Below, piece by piece: positions 9,961 to 21,211 of a stretch of 64,000 nt of DNA. A program made the position numbers and the translations under genes. The notes beneath the pieces were generated by a model, which saw only the letters and a list, made by a program, of their open reading frames with translations, was not told the DNA's origin and ran no database searches. Each line of letters starts with the position of its first letter. The first letter of the stretch is position 1. Source of the DNA: Polyangiales bacterium (lineage in GTDB: Bacteria > Myxococcota_A > Polyangia > Polyangiales > JADJQN01); assembly GCA_964202905.1 (NCBI GenBank), contig CAXNJO010000002.1, forward strand, positions 576,001 through 640,000, read 5' to 3'.

Positions 9961-10527
9961 TCAGACCTCGAGGATGTCCTTTTCCTTGCGGGCGACGATG
10001 GCGTCGACCTCCGCCCCGCCAGCCTGCACGAGTTTCTCGACCCGCTCGAGGCCGCGCTCGACGTCGTCCTGCGACGCGTCGCCGTCGGCCTCGAGGGCCG
10101 CGAGCATGTCCTTCGCCTCGTGCCGCGCCTTGCGGATCGCGACCTTCGTCTCCTCGCCGTTCTTGCGGGCGATCTTGACGAGATCCTTGCGGCGCTCTTC
10201 GGTCAGCGCGGGCATCGGGATGCGGATGAAGTCGCCGTCCGTCTGCGGGTTCAGGCCGAGATTTGCCTCGACGATCGCCTTCTCGATGGCCTTGGCCTGC
10301 CCCTTCTCCCAGGGCTTGACCGTGAGCATGCGCGCCTCGGGGACGGAGACGGTCGCCATCTGGCTGATGGGCGTCGGCACCCCGTAATAGTCGACGCGCA
10401 CGCCGTCGAGCATGGACGCGTTGGCGCGGCCGGTGCGGAGCTTGGTGAGGTCGCGCTTGAGGGCCTCGTGGGCCTTCACGATGGCGGTCGAGAGCTCTGC
10501 GAGCGTCTCTTCGATCATCTCGCTCAT
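9961..10527 (-). CDS. frr: Ribosome recycling factor
   Basis: LRTGRAN..VDYYG..LTEERRKDLVK. Confidence 0.98.
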   Translation of the reverse strand: MSEMIEETLAELSTAIVKAHEALKRDLTKLRTGRANASMLDGVRVDYYGVPTPISQMATVSVPEARMLTVKPWEKGQAKAIEKAIVEANLGLNPQTDGDFIRIPMPALTEERRKDLVKIARKNGEETKVAIRKARHEAKDMLAALEADGDASQDDVERGLERVEKLVQAGGAEVDAIVARKEKDILEV

Positions 10528-10536
10528 GGGGTCTCC

Positions 10537-11268
10537 TCAGGTGGCCGATTCGGTGACGAGCGTTCCGATGTCCTCGCCGAGCGCGACACGCTGGATGTTG
10601 CCGCGCTTGCCGAGCGCGAAGACGCGGATCGGGAGGCGGTTGTCGCGGCAGAGCGTCACGGCGGTGGAGTCCATCACGCCGATGCGCTCCTGGAGGAAAC
10701 GATCGTAGGCGAGGCGCCGGAACATCGTGGCGTCCTTGTGCAACGCGGGGTCGCGGTCGTACACGCCTTCGACCTTGGTGGCCTTGCAGAGGAGCGTCGC
10801 CTGGAGCTCCATGGCGCGGAGCGCAGCCGCGGTATCCGTCGAGAAATAGGGGTTTCCCGTGCCCGCGACGAAGATGACCATGCGGCGCTTCTCGAGGTGC
10901 CGCACCGCGCGCCGCCGGATGTAGGGCTCGGCCATCTGCCGGATCTCGACAGCGCTCATGAGGCGCGTCGCGACGCCGAGCTTCTCCATCGCGTCCTGAA
11001 GGGCGATGCCGTTGATGACCGTCGCGAGCATGCCCATGTGGTCGGCGCTCGCGCGGTCCATGCCGGCGGCGGACCCCTTCAGCCCGCGGAAGATGTTGCC
11101 CCCGCCGATGACGACGCCGATCTCCGCCCCGAGCGCGTGGACCTCGGCGAGCTCGGCGCTGATCTCACGGAGCGTTCCGGGATCGACGCCGAAGCCGCCC
11201 GGGACGCCGCAGAGGGCCTCGCCCGAGAGCTTGAGGAGAAACCGCCTGTGCGCGAGCTGCGTCGTCAT
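10537..11268 (-). CDS. pyrH: UMP kinase
   Basis: [34 protein letters not shown]. Confidence 0.98.
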   Translation of the reverse strand: MTTQLAHRRFLLKLSGEALCGVPGGFGVDPGTLREISAELAEVHALGAEIGVVIGGGNIFRGLKGSAAGMDRASADHMGMLATVINGIALQDAMEKLGVATRLMSAVEIRQMAEPYIRRRAVRHLEKRRMVIFVAGTGNPYFSTDTAAALRAMELQATLLCKATKVEGVYDRDPALHKDATMFRRLAYDRFLQERIGVMDSTAVTLCRDNRLPIRVFALGKRGNIQRVALGEDIGTLVTESAT

Positions 11269-11326
11269 CGGGAAACGTTTCTCCGGGGTTCGCGCGACGG
11301 ACACCGGCGCGCATGAGGCCCAACGA

Positions 11327-11352
11327 GACACGGGCCCGTGAGGGCCCGTGTC
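11327..11352 (-). other. Perfect 11-bp hairpin just after the tsf stop codon
   Basis: GACACGGGCCC-N4-GGGCCCGTGTC. Confidence 0.5.
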
Positions 11353-11359
11353 GTCGACG

Positions 11360-12040
11360 TCAGCCAACGCCCTTGAGCTGCTCGGCGACCTCGGCGGCGA
11401 GATCGACCTTCTTCTTTTCGATGCCTTCGCCGAGCTCGAAGCGGACGAAGCGGCGGATGGCGATCTTCTCGCCGATCTTCGCGCTGAGCGCGTCGCAGAG
11501 GTCCTTGATGGACTTGCCGTCGTCGGCGTCCTGCACCGAGGACTGCTCCTCGAGGCACTTCTCGGCCATCCACTTGTCGAGCTTGCCCTCGAGGATCTTC
11601 GCGCGCGCCGCCTCGGGGCGGGACTTGCCGGAGGCAGCCTCCTCCTCGGCCATCGACTCGGTGAAGAAGCGGAGCTGATTCGCCTTCGCCGCCTCGGGGA
11701 TCTCCTCGCGACGCACGAACTCGGGCGCCATCGAGGCGAGCTGGAGGCCGACGAGGTCCGCGAAGCCGCGGAACTCGGGGCTCATGGCCACGAAGTCGGT
11801 CTGGCAGTTGATCTCGACGAGCACGCCGAGTCGCCCGCCCGCGTGGATGTACGAGTGGATGACGCCGTCGGCGGCGATCGCGCCCGCCTTCTTCGCGGCC
11901 TTGAGGAGGCCCTTCTTCTGGAGAAGCTCGACGGCCTTGTCCTCGTCCCCGCCCGTCTCATCGAGGGCGTTTTTGCAGTCCATCATGCCCGCGCTCGTAC
12001 GCTCGCGGAGCGACTTGACCATCGCAGCGGTGATTGCCAT
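11360..12040 (-). CDS. tsf: Elongation factor Ts (short form)
   Basis: [41 protein letters not shown]. Confidence 0.98.
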   Translation of the reverse strand: MAITAAMVKSLRERTSAGMMDCKNALDETGGDEDKAVELLQKKGLLKAAKKAGAIAADGVIHSYIHAGGRLGVLVEINCQTDFVAMSPEFRGFADLVGLQLASMAPEFVRREEIPEAAKANQLRFFTESMAEEEAASGKSRPEAARAKILEGKLDKWMAEKCLEEQSSVQDADDGKSIKDLCDALSAKIGEKIAIRRFVRFELGEGIEKKKVDLAAEVAEQLKGVG

Positions 12041-12179
12041 CGCCGTATCCTTCTTCCTCAGCGGGAGACACGTGGACGCGGCGATCGTCGCCGGGCCGCG
12101 GGCCCCAAGTCCTCAAACGGGGAGCGGTTGTGTCGGTGGGGAGCGCGCCCCGGCCATGGCCAAGGCGCACACCGGGGGG

Positions 12180-13209
12180 TCAGGACTGCGCGCCGCCGTC
12201 CGCAGCGGGCGCCGCCGGGCGCTGCCGCCACCGCCACCGCCGCCGGGGTTGCCGCCGGGGCCGCCGCCGGGTGCCGCCGGGGCCGCCGACCGCCGCCGGG
12301 ACCGCCGGGACCGCCGGGACCACGACGCTCGCCGGGTCCGCCCTCGATGCGGCCACCGGGGCCGACGCGGCGCGTGCGCGCGAACTCGACCTGCATGCCG
12401 CCGTCGCCGCCGCCCTGCTGCGGACGGTCACCGCGCTCGCCGCGGCCCTGCTGGAACTCGCGGCGACGCTGCTGGCCCTCGACCGCCGCGTCGGCGACGC
12501 GGCCCGTGATCAGCTTGATCGATCGGATCGCGTCGTCGTTCGCGGGGATGACGAAGTCGATGAGGTCAGGGTCGCAGTTCGTGTCGGTCATCGCGACGAT
12601 CGGAATGCCCAGCTTGCGGGCCTCGCTGATCGCGATGTGCTCGTGGTGCGGGTCGATGACGAACATGGCCGCGGGGAGCGCGTTCATCATCTTGATGCCG
12701 CCGAGGTACTTATCGAGGCGGATGCGCTCGCGGTCGAGGCCGAGGGCCTCCTTCTTGGTGACCGCGTCGAACGAGCCGTCCTCAAGCATGCGCTCGAGCG
12801 TGCGGAGGCGCTCGATGCCGGTCTTGACGGTGCGGAAGTTGGTGAGCGTGCCGCCGAGCCAGCGACCCGTCACGAAGAACTGGCCCGAGCGCGTGGCCTC
12901 CTCGACGACGACGTCCGCGGCCTGGCGCTTCGTGCCGACGAAGAGGATGTGGCCACCGCGGCCCACCGCCTCCGAGACGAAGTCGAACGCGCGGCGGAAG
13001 AGCTGCGCCGTCTGGTCGAGGTCGATGATGTGGATGCCGTTGCGGGCGCCGTAGATGAACGGCCGCATCTTCGGGTTCCAGCGCTTGGTCTGGTGGCCGA
13101 AGTGCACGCCCGCGTCGATCAGCGCGCGGAGGCCGATCGGGAGGTCACCGCTGCCGACACCCACCGTGGCCATCGTCTCACCCGCGCCGTTTTCCGTATT
13201 TGCAGTCAT
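12180..13209 (-). CDS. rpsB: 30S ribosomal protein S2 with a Gly/Pro-rich C-terminal tail; the tail carries apparent indels (as assembled, the frame runs to 12058)
   Basis: [43 protein letters not shown]; the GGP repeat pattern switches frame near 12220-12290; likely true end ...AADGGAQS* at 12180. Confidence 0.95.
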
Positions 13210-13226
13210 GATCTGCTCCTTCTCGC

Positions 13227-13317
13227 GGTTGTTCCTCCGTCTCCCTCGACCGGCGACCGTGGACAGGGAGGCCTGACCGCGGCACCGCACCGGCCGTTCG
13301 AGCCGGGAGACGTGTGG
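13227..13317 (-). promoter_or_regulatory. rpsB (S2) autoregulatory leader RNA
   Basis: Minus strand CACACGTCTCCC...GCGGTGCC...GGGAGACGGAGGAACAACC; CGTCTCCC pairs with GGGAGACG, as in known rpsB leaders. Confidence 0.65.
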
Positions 13318-13505
13318 CATTTCGGATCCGCGGGAACAGCCCCGCGGCCCGGCCCTGATGGGCGCGCGGCTTGTAGCACGGGGCGTCGGGGGCGCCAACG
13401 CCGTGCGTCCCCATCGCACAGCCACGGCCCCCCGTGGACAGGGGCGCACGGCGATGGCACGAAGGCGCCGCGAGCCTCGAGGCTCGCCCTTGCCGGAGCC
13501 CGCCC

Positions 13506-14567
13506 ATGCCCTTCCTCCGCCCCACGCACACGCTCGCCGCGTTCCTCGTCGCCACCTCGATCGCCAGCGCCGCGTGCGGCGGCGACGCAGCCCCGCCCGC
13601 TGCCCCGGACCTGGGCGTCGGCGACGCCGGCGCCCCCGATCTCGGCGCGGATCCCGTCGACCTCGGACCTGCCGCTGTCGACCTCGGGCCTGCACCCGAG
13701 GATCTCGGCCCGGCGATGTCCGGCGCGCCGAACGCCCCCGGCCCCTACGCGGTGACGCGCTCGACGACGATGGTGGGCGCCTCGCCGGTCACGGTCTTCG
13801 ACCCGACGCTGCCTGCCGGGGTGCGCGCGCCGCTCGCGGTCTTCCTGCCGGGGTTCCAGTTGACCGTGCGTCAGTACGCGGCGATCTGCGAACGGCTCGC
13901 GTCGCACGGCGTGGTGGTCGTCGGCGTGGACGCGACCGGCGGCTTCTTCCCGAACCACGTCGCGCTGCGGGACGCGGCGATCGCCGTGATCGACTGGGCG
14001 ATCGCGAGCGCGCCCTCGGCAGCGCACACCGACGGCGGCCGCGTGCTCACGCTGGGGCACAGCCTCGGCGGAAAGCTCGCGACGATGGCCGCGGGCGCGG
14101 ACGCGCGCGTGACGGCGCTGCTCGCGATCGATCCGGTGAACGGCGGCGGGGGCCCGGGCATGGGCTACACGGCGGAGCGGCCGGACATCGTGCCGGACGT
14201 CGTCGCGGCGCTCGCGATCCCGGTGGGGTTCATGGGCGAGACGACCAACGCCTCGGGCGGTTTCATGCCGTGCGCGCCCGCCGACCAGAACTTCACGACG
14301 TTCTACGCAGCCGCGAGCGCCGCACCGTGGGCCGCGCAGTGGACGTTCATCGGCGCCGATCACATGGACTTCGTGCCCGACACGGCGGGCTGCTTCGCGT
14401 GCGCAGCGTGCACGGCGGGCACCGCAGACGCCGCGACCGTCGCGCGCGACACGGCGACGCTCGCCGTCGCGTTCGCGCAGCGGCATCTCCTCGGGGTCAC
14501 GACGTCCGAGGAGTGGCTGCGCGGTGGCCTGCTCCCGGCGGGCATCGCGGCGACCGGGCGGCCCTGA
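13506..14567 (+). CDS. Secreted alpha/beta hydrolase lipoprotein (chlorophyllase/cutinase-like)
   Basis: SAAC lipobox, DLG linker, GPY, FLPGF, LASHG, GHSLGG nucleophile, IDPV, ADHMDF. Confidence 0.8.
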   Translation: MPFLRPTHTLAAFLVATSIASAACGGDAAPPAAPDLGVGDAGAPDLGADPVDLGPAAVDLGPAPEDLGPAMSGAPNAPGPYAVTRSTTMVGASPVTVFDPTLPAGVRAPLAVFLPGFQLTVRQYAAICERLASHGVVVVGVDATGGFFPNHVALRDAAIAVIDWAIASAPSAAHTDGGRVLTLGHSLGGKLATMAAGADARVTALLAIDPVNGGGGPGMGYTAERPDIVPDVVAALAIPVGFMGETTNASGGFMPCAPADQNFTTFYAAASAAPWAAQWTFIGADHMDFVPDTAGCFACAACTAGTADAATVARDTATLAVAFAQRHLLGVTTSEEWLRGGLLPAGIAATGRP

Positions 14568-14635
14568 CGGCACCGGCGCCCCCGGCGGCGCGCGGCTTTG
14601 TTGACGGTTCGGGCCCGGCCGGATAGCGGTCGGGC

Positions 14636-15849
14636 GTGGCCCCGCGACGCATTCGACTCTTCCTCCTCGCGGGCCTGCTCGCCGCGCTCCCCGGTTCGCA
14701 GCGCGCCGCGGCGGACGAACCCGCGCGCCTCGCGAATCCACTCGCTCTGCGCGCCCGCGAGGAGGTGTTCGTGCCGCCCCCCCCGCCGCGCGCCGACGTC
14801 GCGGCCCCTCCGGCGACCGAACCGCCTGCCGCCCTCCCGCCCGCCTCGACCCCGCGCGGCGAAGCAGCCCGCAGTGGCGCGCCGCGAAGCACCGCAGCGC
14901 GCGCCGACGCGGCTCACGCAGGCCCGGCACGCGCGGCGCCGGCAGCGCGAGGCGAACGCGCGCTCCGCGCGCCGGCGCGGCGCACGCGGCGCCCGCGCCA
15001 CCCTGTCACGCGCCACCGACGGAGCTCGTGCGCGTCGACGGGCCGCGGCGCGAGACGCAGCGCGTCTCGCTGACGTTCTGCGACGGGCGTCCGCTTCCGG
15101 CGGCGCTCGACACGCTCAGCGTGCTCGCCCGCCCGCACCGCACGCCCGCCCCGGAGACCCGCGCGATCCGCGCCTACGCACGCCGCCTCGCGCGCCGGCC
15201 GCGACGCGGGGAGACGCGCCCCGACCCGGGCTTCATCGCCGAGGGTGTGCGCCGCATCGAGGCGGGGCTGCTGCCACGCGTCGCGCGCGTCGCGGCACGA
15301 TTCCCCGGCAAGGCCATCGAGATCGTCTCGGGATGGCGCCCCACCGAGCGCGCATCGAGCCGCCACCATCAGGCGCGCGCCCTCGATCTGCGCGTGCGTG
15401 GCGTCTCCCGCGAGGCGCTCCGCGACTTCGCGCGAACCCTCGACGAGACGGGCATCGGCTACTACCCGAACAGCGCGTTCGTGCACCTCGACGTCCGCGA
15501 CACGCGCGCCTACTGGGTCGACCGCAGCGGCCCCGGGGAGGAGGCGGACTACGGCGTTTGGCCGCCGCCCCCCGAGGTGCAGCAGCAGCAGGCCGAGCGC
15601 ATCGTAGCGGAGGCGCTCGCCACGCTCGAGGCGTTGCGCGCGCCGCCCGCCGACGCCCACGACGCGCCCGGCCTCTCCGTTGTCCCGGGCCTCCCCGACG
15701 CCCCCGCCACGGACGGAAACGCACGCGCGCACGACGCCCCAGCCGACGCGCCGACGGGCGACGCGACCGACGACGCGACGCACGCGGAGCGACGCGACGA
15801 CGCGGTCGACGCGGTCGACGCGGACCGCCCCCGGGGCGACGCGGCCTGA
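14636..15849 (+). CDS. YcbK/DUF882 (peptidase M15A, peptidoglycan endopeptidase-like) secreted protein, split by a frameshift at about 14950-15000
   Basis: Signal peptide in ORF 14636; IEIVSGWR..SRHHQARALD..GIGYYPNSAFVHLDVR in ORF 15028. Confidence 0.8.
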
Positions 15850-15992
15850 CGCGCAGCCGACGGTCGGCGCGCAGCGTCACCGCCCGGGAAACATCGGCGG
15901 AGGCCACGGGGGGCGGGGCGTTGCGCCCGGACCAGCCTCCGCGGCCCTCGAAACAGGGTAGGCGCGGACGTCCTACGCCGGGAGGGGCGCCC

Positions 15993-18063
15993 TCAGGGCG
16001 CGTTTTGGACCTCGTAATCGAGGCGGAACGTGCCTTGGTTTCCATTTCGGAAACCATCGACGATGACGAAGTAGGTGCCGCGATCGAGGGTCGTCTCGAC
16101 GTAGGCGTGGCGGTTGTCGCTGCTGTCGTCGTTGCAGGCGAGCTCCGTCGACTGCTGCGTGCAGTCGCGGCGTAGGTGCAGGGCCGCGTCGTACTCGGAG
16201 GAGAGCGAGAGTTTCACGAGCGAGCGGCGCGTGAGCTGGATGCGGTAGACCTCGTCGCCGCTCCGCGCGCCGTCGGCGCACGAGGCCTCGAAGCGGTTGG
16301 CGCTCGCCGCGGTCGAGCCGCTCACGGGCGTCCCGGCGCGGAGGAGCGGGGCCTGCCGGCACATCCGATCGAGGGCGGCGAGGTCCTCGAGCTGCACGTC
16401 GACCTGCACCGCACCGAACTGCCCCGCGCGCGCGCCATCGACGACGAGGTAGTAGGTGCCGGGGTCCACGGCGACGTCAAGCGCGGGCGCGCTCGGCGAC
16501 GGCGGCGTGGGCGCGGGGCCGGGGCCGGGGGGAGTCGGACCCGAGCCGCCCCCGGACGCGAACGCGACGCAGCCGAGCTCGGTCGCACCATCGCCGCAGG
16601 TGCGCTGCAGATACGCGACGCCCGCGTACTGCGCGCCGGTGAAGGACACGCGGACGCGCGAGCGTGCGCGCACGTCGATGCGCTGCACGACGTCGGGGGC
16701 ACCCTGACCGCCGCAGCTGCCGGCGAGATCGTCCGCGGCCGCGAAGGTGTCGACGGACGCGGGGGCTGCCGGGGACCGCCGCGCTCGCGGCGCCGCACTG
16801 ATCGCCGACCGCGCCGCCGCCCGTGTCGGGGGCCATCTCGGCCTCGAGCGTGAAGGCCCCCGCCGCGCCGACGTTGTAGCCGTCGGCGAACACGTAGTAG
16901 CGGCCCGGATCGACGACCGCGGTGACGATCGAGTGCTGCTGGTCCGCCACGTCGTCGTTGCACGCGAGCTCCGACGAGGGGTTCGTGCAGTCGCTCCGCA
17001 GATGCAGCGCGCCGTCGTGGTCGCTGCGCATCCGCACGCGCAGCCGCGAGCGCTGCGGTACGTCGACGCGGTAGACGCGGTCGGGCGAGTGCGCGCCCCC
17101 GGCGCACGTCGCGCTGAAGGCGTCCTGCGCGCCGACGGTGGTGCCCGTGATCGGCCGGCCCGGATCGAGCGGCGCCGCGTCCGTGCACAACGCCTCGATC
17201 GGCTGGACCTGCGACGCCGACGCAACCAGCTCGTAGGCGCCGCCCTGCCCCTGGTAGCCATCGACGACGACGAAGTAGGTGCCCGGGTCGAGCGTGACGT
17301 CGAGCTGCGAACGCGTCGTGTCCGGGTTGTCGTCGTTGCAGGAGAGCTCCGACTCGCGGCGACCGCACTCGCGCTGGAGGTAGAGCGCGCCGTCGAAGGT
17401 GGACTGCAGCACGATCGTCAGCTGCGTACGCTGCGCGACGCGGAGCTGATAGACCTGCTCGGGCGCGGCGCCCTCGGCGCACGAACCGACGAGCGCCGAG
17501 CCGCCCCCGCGCGTGTCGCCCTGCACGGGGCGCCCCGGCTCGAGCGGCAGCGGGGTCTCGCAGCTCCCTCGGCCGCCGGCGCGGCGTGCGTCGGGGGGTT
17601 CGGTCGCGCGCCCGACGGCCGTCGGGCCGCCCGACCAGACCGCGAGCGTGTAGTCACCGCGCCCACCGGCCATCGTGAGCACGACCTGGTATTCGCCGGC
17701 GTAGTCGGGGCAGACGCGCACCGCCGCCTGCGGATCGTGGGTCGCGTCGCTCCCGAGCGCGGTGCCGGCGTCGTCGACGACGCGCACGTCGAGGTCGTCG
17801 ACCCCCGTGCCACCGAGCGCGACGAAGGTGTAGCACTGCCCGGCCTCGAGGCGCTGCGCCGTACGCGCCACGGCGCCGGCGTCGAGCGAACCCTCGTTGA
17901 TCGCGCCCGTCTGCGCGAGCCCCATCGCCGTCAGCGTGTTGTGCACCGCGACGTAGCGCGGCTCGAGGCGCGCCCCGCTCCCGCCGCACGCGGCTCCGGC
18001 GACGAGCACCCCGCCCACGGCCGCGACCCACGCGCTCCCCGCTCCCCGACTGCGCTCGTTCAT
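15993..18063 (-). CDS. Multi-PPC (pre-peptidase C-terminal) domain lipoprotein, frameshift at the G-run 16761-16765
   Basis: Repeated C-x-D/A..SC..PDxVY..DxALxLxxxC..ELxCNDD..LDPGTYFVxVDG units spread over two frames. Confidence 0.8.
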
Positions 18064-18186
18064 GCGACTCGACTCCCGGTGTTCGTGTGGACCGACGCGC
18101 GCTCGACCCGCGCTGCGCGGGATTCCATGGGCGACGCGATCCGCGTCACGGCGCGAGCCTAGCAGCCCCCGGCGCGGCCGGGCCCG

Positions 18187-19416
18187 CTAGAGCAGCTTGC
18201 GGAACAGGTAGTAGAAGGCCTCGAGGAGACGCTCGGCGGGCGCGCGGAAGCGGAAGTCGCGGAGCTCGATCTTCGTCGACTGCGCCGCGTCCGCGAGGAA
18301 GCGGGCGCGGATCGCGTCGGCGACCTCGGCGCCCTCGATCGCCACGTTGATCTCGAGGTTGAGGCGCCACGAACGGTGATCGAGGTTGAAGGAGCCCGTG
18401 GTGCTCCACCTGCCGTCGATCACGGCCGTCTTCGCGTGGAAGACGGAGCGCGTCCATTCGTAGATCGCGATCCCCTCGCGCAAGAGGCGGTCGTAGAGGA
18501 AGCGCGACGCGTGGTAGACGGCCGGCACGTCGCTGTCGCCGGCGACGAGCACGCGGACGTCGACGCCGCGGCGCGCGGCCGCGATGAGCGCACCGCGGAT
18601 CGCGCGGTCCGGGATGAAGTAGCTGTTCGCGATGTAGACGAACTGACCGGCGCCACGGATCTGTCGGAGATAGGCCCGCCGGATGAGCGCGCGGGCGCGG
18701 CGATCGCCGCTCGGCAGCGCGCGCACGCTCTGGCGCGGCGCAGCGGGCGTGGTCGGATCGAGCGGGGCGGAGGACGCTGCGTCCGGGGGTGAGGGCGTTG
18801 AGGGTGGGAGCACGTCCGCGAGCGGTGGACAGGCGCTGCCCCCGACGCGCACCCAGCCCTCGGCGAAGACCGTACGCAGCTGCGCGGCGGCCGGCCCCTC
18901 GATGCGCACGAAGTCGTCGCGCCAGCCCGCGCCGCCCTCCGACTCGGGCGCCCAGGGGAGGCCGAGGTTGATGCCGCCGGTGAAGGCGACGAGGCCATCG
19001 ACCACGAGGATCTTGCGGTGATCGCGGTTGTTGAGGCTGCCGATGCGCCAGCGGTTCTTCCAGGGTTCGACGGGGTTGTACTCGTGGACCTCGACGCCCA
19101 CGTCGCGCAGCCGCGCGAACATCGACGTGTCCACGCCGAGGCTCCCGATCGCGTCGTACACGATGCGTACGCGCACCCCGGCGCGCGCGCGTGCGCCAAG
19201 CGCCGCGGCGAAGCGTCGTCCGACCGCGTCGCTCTGGAACCAGTACATCTCGAGCAGGATCTCGCGCTGCGCGCCCGCGATGGCCGCGAGCATCGACGGG
19301 AAGGCCTGCGCGCCGTCGACGAGCAGCGTCACCCGATCATCGGCGACATCGATGTCGCGCTCGCCGGGCACACGCGGCGTGCGCCGGAAGAGACGGCGCA
19401 GCGCGAAGCCGCTCAC
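18187..19416 (-). CDS. Cardiolipin synthase / phospholipase D (ClsB-like)
   Basis: Two HKD motifs: RDHRKILVVDG..GGIN and FHAKTAVIDG..GSFN; NSYFIP. Confidence 0.92.
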   Translation of the reverse strand: MSGFALRRLFRRTPRVPGERDIDVADDRVTLLVDGAQAFPSMLAAIAGAQREILLEMYWFQSDAVGRRFAAALGARARAGVRVRIVYDAIGSLGVDTSMFARLRDVGVEVHEYNPVEPWKNRWRIGSLNNRDHRKILVVDGLVAFTGGINLGLPWAPESEGGAGWRDDFVRIEGPAAAQLRTVFAEGWVRVGGSACPPLADVLPPSTPSPPDAASSAPLDPTTPAAPRQSVRALPSGDRRARALIRRAYLRQIRGAGQFVYIANSYFIPDRAIRGALIAAARRGVDVRVLVAGDSDVPAVYHASRFLYDRLLREGIAIYEWTRSVFHAKTAVIDGRWSTTGSFNLDHRSWRLNLEINVAIEGAEVADAIRARFLADAAQSTKIELRDFRFRAPAERLLEAFYYLFRKLL

Positions 19417-19631
19417 GAGGCGCCTGCCCGCGCGTCGGCGGTACGCGCCTGCGCGACGGCACAGAACCCGTCGACGCGCCGCAGAATCGCGCACGCGGCG
19501 GAGAGGGACGCGCCGAACATGCGGATGGCCGCGCGATGCGCGAGGCCGGGACGCTCTGTCCGCGCCCACATCGTGCCTCGCGCCCGAAGCGGGGCCGTGC
19601 CCCCGAAGTCGACGTCGGCGCGGGGGTCCAT
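19413..19631 (-). CDS. Small hypothetical protein (72 aa) coupled to the cls gene
   Basis: TGC-TACGTT-N7-ATG leaderless signal; its TGA overlaps the cls GTG (GTGA). Confidence 0.4.
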   Translation of the reverse strand: MDPRADVDFGGTAPLRARGTMWARTERPGLAHRAAIRMFGASLSAACAILRRVDGFCAVAQARTADARAGAS

Positions 19632-19685
19632 CGCCGCCAACGTAGCAGGCGCGGCGCACGCGACGCGGTGCGGGCCGCCCAGCGC

Positions 19686-20042
19686 CTAGGCGCTCTCGAG
19701 GATGCGGACCACACCGCGCGCTGACTCCGAGAGCACGGCGTCGCGCGCGAGGTTGCCGCCCTGCGACACGAGGAAGAGCGGCTCACCGAGCGCGCAGAGC
19801 GGCCGCGTGGCGAGCGCCATCCCGACCGCCATCGCGGCCTGGCTGCGCCCGACGAGCGGCGCGAGCGCGGACAATTCCTCGCAGAGGGCGTCGTCGCCGG
19901 CGGAGGCGACGAGGAGCCCGGCGTCGTCGGCGAGCGCGATGGCGTCGAGCCCGCCGCGCGTGCGGGCCTGCTCGAGCTGATAGCGCAGGGCGATTTGGCG
20001 TTCGGGGCTGCGGCGGATGCGACGTTCGGGGTTGGGCGTCAT
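19686..20042 (-). CDS. Roadblock/LC7 (MglB-like) domain protein
   Basis: LDAIALADDAGLLVASAG..CEELSALAP; GGAGGT ribosome-binding site. Confidence 0.65.
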   Translation of the reverse strand: MTPNPERRIRRSPERQIALRYQLEQARTRGGLDAIALADDAGLLVASAGDDALCEELSALAPLVGRSQAAMAVGMALATRPLCALGEPLFLVSQGGNLARDAVLSESARGVVRILESA

Positions 20043-20133
20043 CGGGGACCTCCGCACGAATTGTCCCGAGGCGCGCGCGCCCGCGTCCAGAAACCCGCGC
20101 GGTGCGCACGGCACACGCTGCTATGCTCGCGCG

Positions 20134-20328
20134 GTGACGAGCCGTCCCTGCCCGATCTGCAAGCAGTCGGCCGCGCCGCGCGCGGAGAACCCTGCCGCTC
20201 CCTTCTGCGGCGAGCGCTGCAAACTCATCGATCTCGGCCAGTGGCTGAGCGGGGCGTACCGTGTCCCCGCCGGTCCGGTGGTGGACGCCGATTCGACGGA
20301 CGACGACGACGCACGCGGCCCGCACTGA
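20134..20328 (+). CDS. yacG: DNA gyrase inhibitor YacG
   Basis: CPIC...PFCGERCKLIDLGQWL..YRVP. Confidence 0.93.
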   Translation: MTSRPCPICKQSAAPRAENPAAPFCGERCKLIDLGQWLSGAYRVPAGPVVDADSTDDDDARGPH

Positions 20329-20348
20329 GCCGCGAGAGGAGAGCCCGC

Positions 20349-21176
20349 ATGCGACTCGAATTGTTCTCGGCGCGGCGCGCGATCGCCGCCGCGATCCTCG
20401 CGCTGGCGTGCATCGCCCCTCGCGGCGCGGCGCGCGCGCAGGACGCGGCCACGCCTGCGAGCGCCTCGGCGACGACGCGCGCGGTGGGCACCTCCGGGAC
20501 GACGCACGCGGCGGGCGACGTCGCCGCGAACCACGCCGCGGCGGGCCACCCCGCACCATCCGGTCCGAGCGGCGCGGCTGCGTCGGGCCCGAGCGAGGCC
20601 GACGACGAAGAGAGCGACGGTCGCGGCGCAGACCTCCTCTGGATCGAGGCCATCGGGGGCTACAGCTACGTGAACATGCGCGCGATCTCCTACGACAACC
20701 TCTACCCCAGCGTCGTCGCGCTCTCGGGGTCGGGCTACGCAGGCGGTCTCGCGGCGGGGGTGCGCTTCTCGTTCGTGTCCCTCGGCGCGCGCGCGACGCT
20801 CGCGAGCTACGAGGGCTTCGAGGTGGGCACCGCGTCGGCCGAGATCACGCTGCGGCTGCCGACCCCGGTCGTCGAGCCCTGGGTGCGCGCCGGCTTCGGC
20901 TACGGCTGGCACGGCAACGCGAACTACGACGAACCGAGCCTCAGTCAGACCAACGTGTACGGGTACGTGATCCAGGCAGCGGCCGGGATCGACATCTACT
21001 TCGGCAAGTTCGTCGCGGTCGGCGCCGGCTTCGACGTCGACGTGCTCAACCTCTCGCGCCAGCCGCTCACGCTCGGGCCGGGGACAGCCTCGCCGACGGG
21101 CGTCGACCTCACGAAGGATGGCAACGCCGTCGGCCTCCAGCTCCGCGGCCACGTCGCGCTGAGCCTTCACTTCTAA
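20349..21176 (+). CDS. Outer membrane beta-barrel protein
   Basis: Signal peptide, low-complexity linker, alternating beta-strands, terminal LHF. Confidence 0.7.
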   Translation: MRLELFSARRAIAAAILALACIAPRGAARAQDAATPASASATTRAVGTSGTTHAAGDVAANHAAAGHPAPSGPSGAAASGPSEADDEESDGRGADLLWIEAIGGYSYVNMRAISYDNLYPSVVALSGSGYAGGLAAGVRFSFVSLGARATLASYEGFEVGTASAEITLRLPTPVVEPWVRAGFGYGWHGNANYDEPSLSQTNVYGYVIQAAAGIDIYFGKFVAVGAGFDVDVLNLSRQPLTLGPGTASPTGVDLTKDGNAVGLQLRGHVALSLHF

Positions 21177-21211
21177 GGTTTTTTCCGCCCGATGACCGTG
21201 TAGACGCGGCG

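Noticed and set aside
12058..12180. Extended rpsB C-terminus to 12058 as given by the ORF track
   Set aside because: Reads as out-of-frame sequence after indels in the GGC-rich tail.
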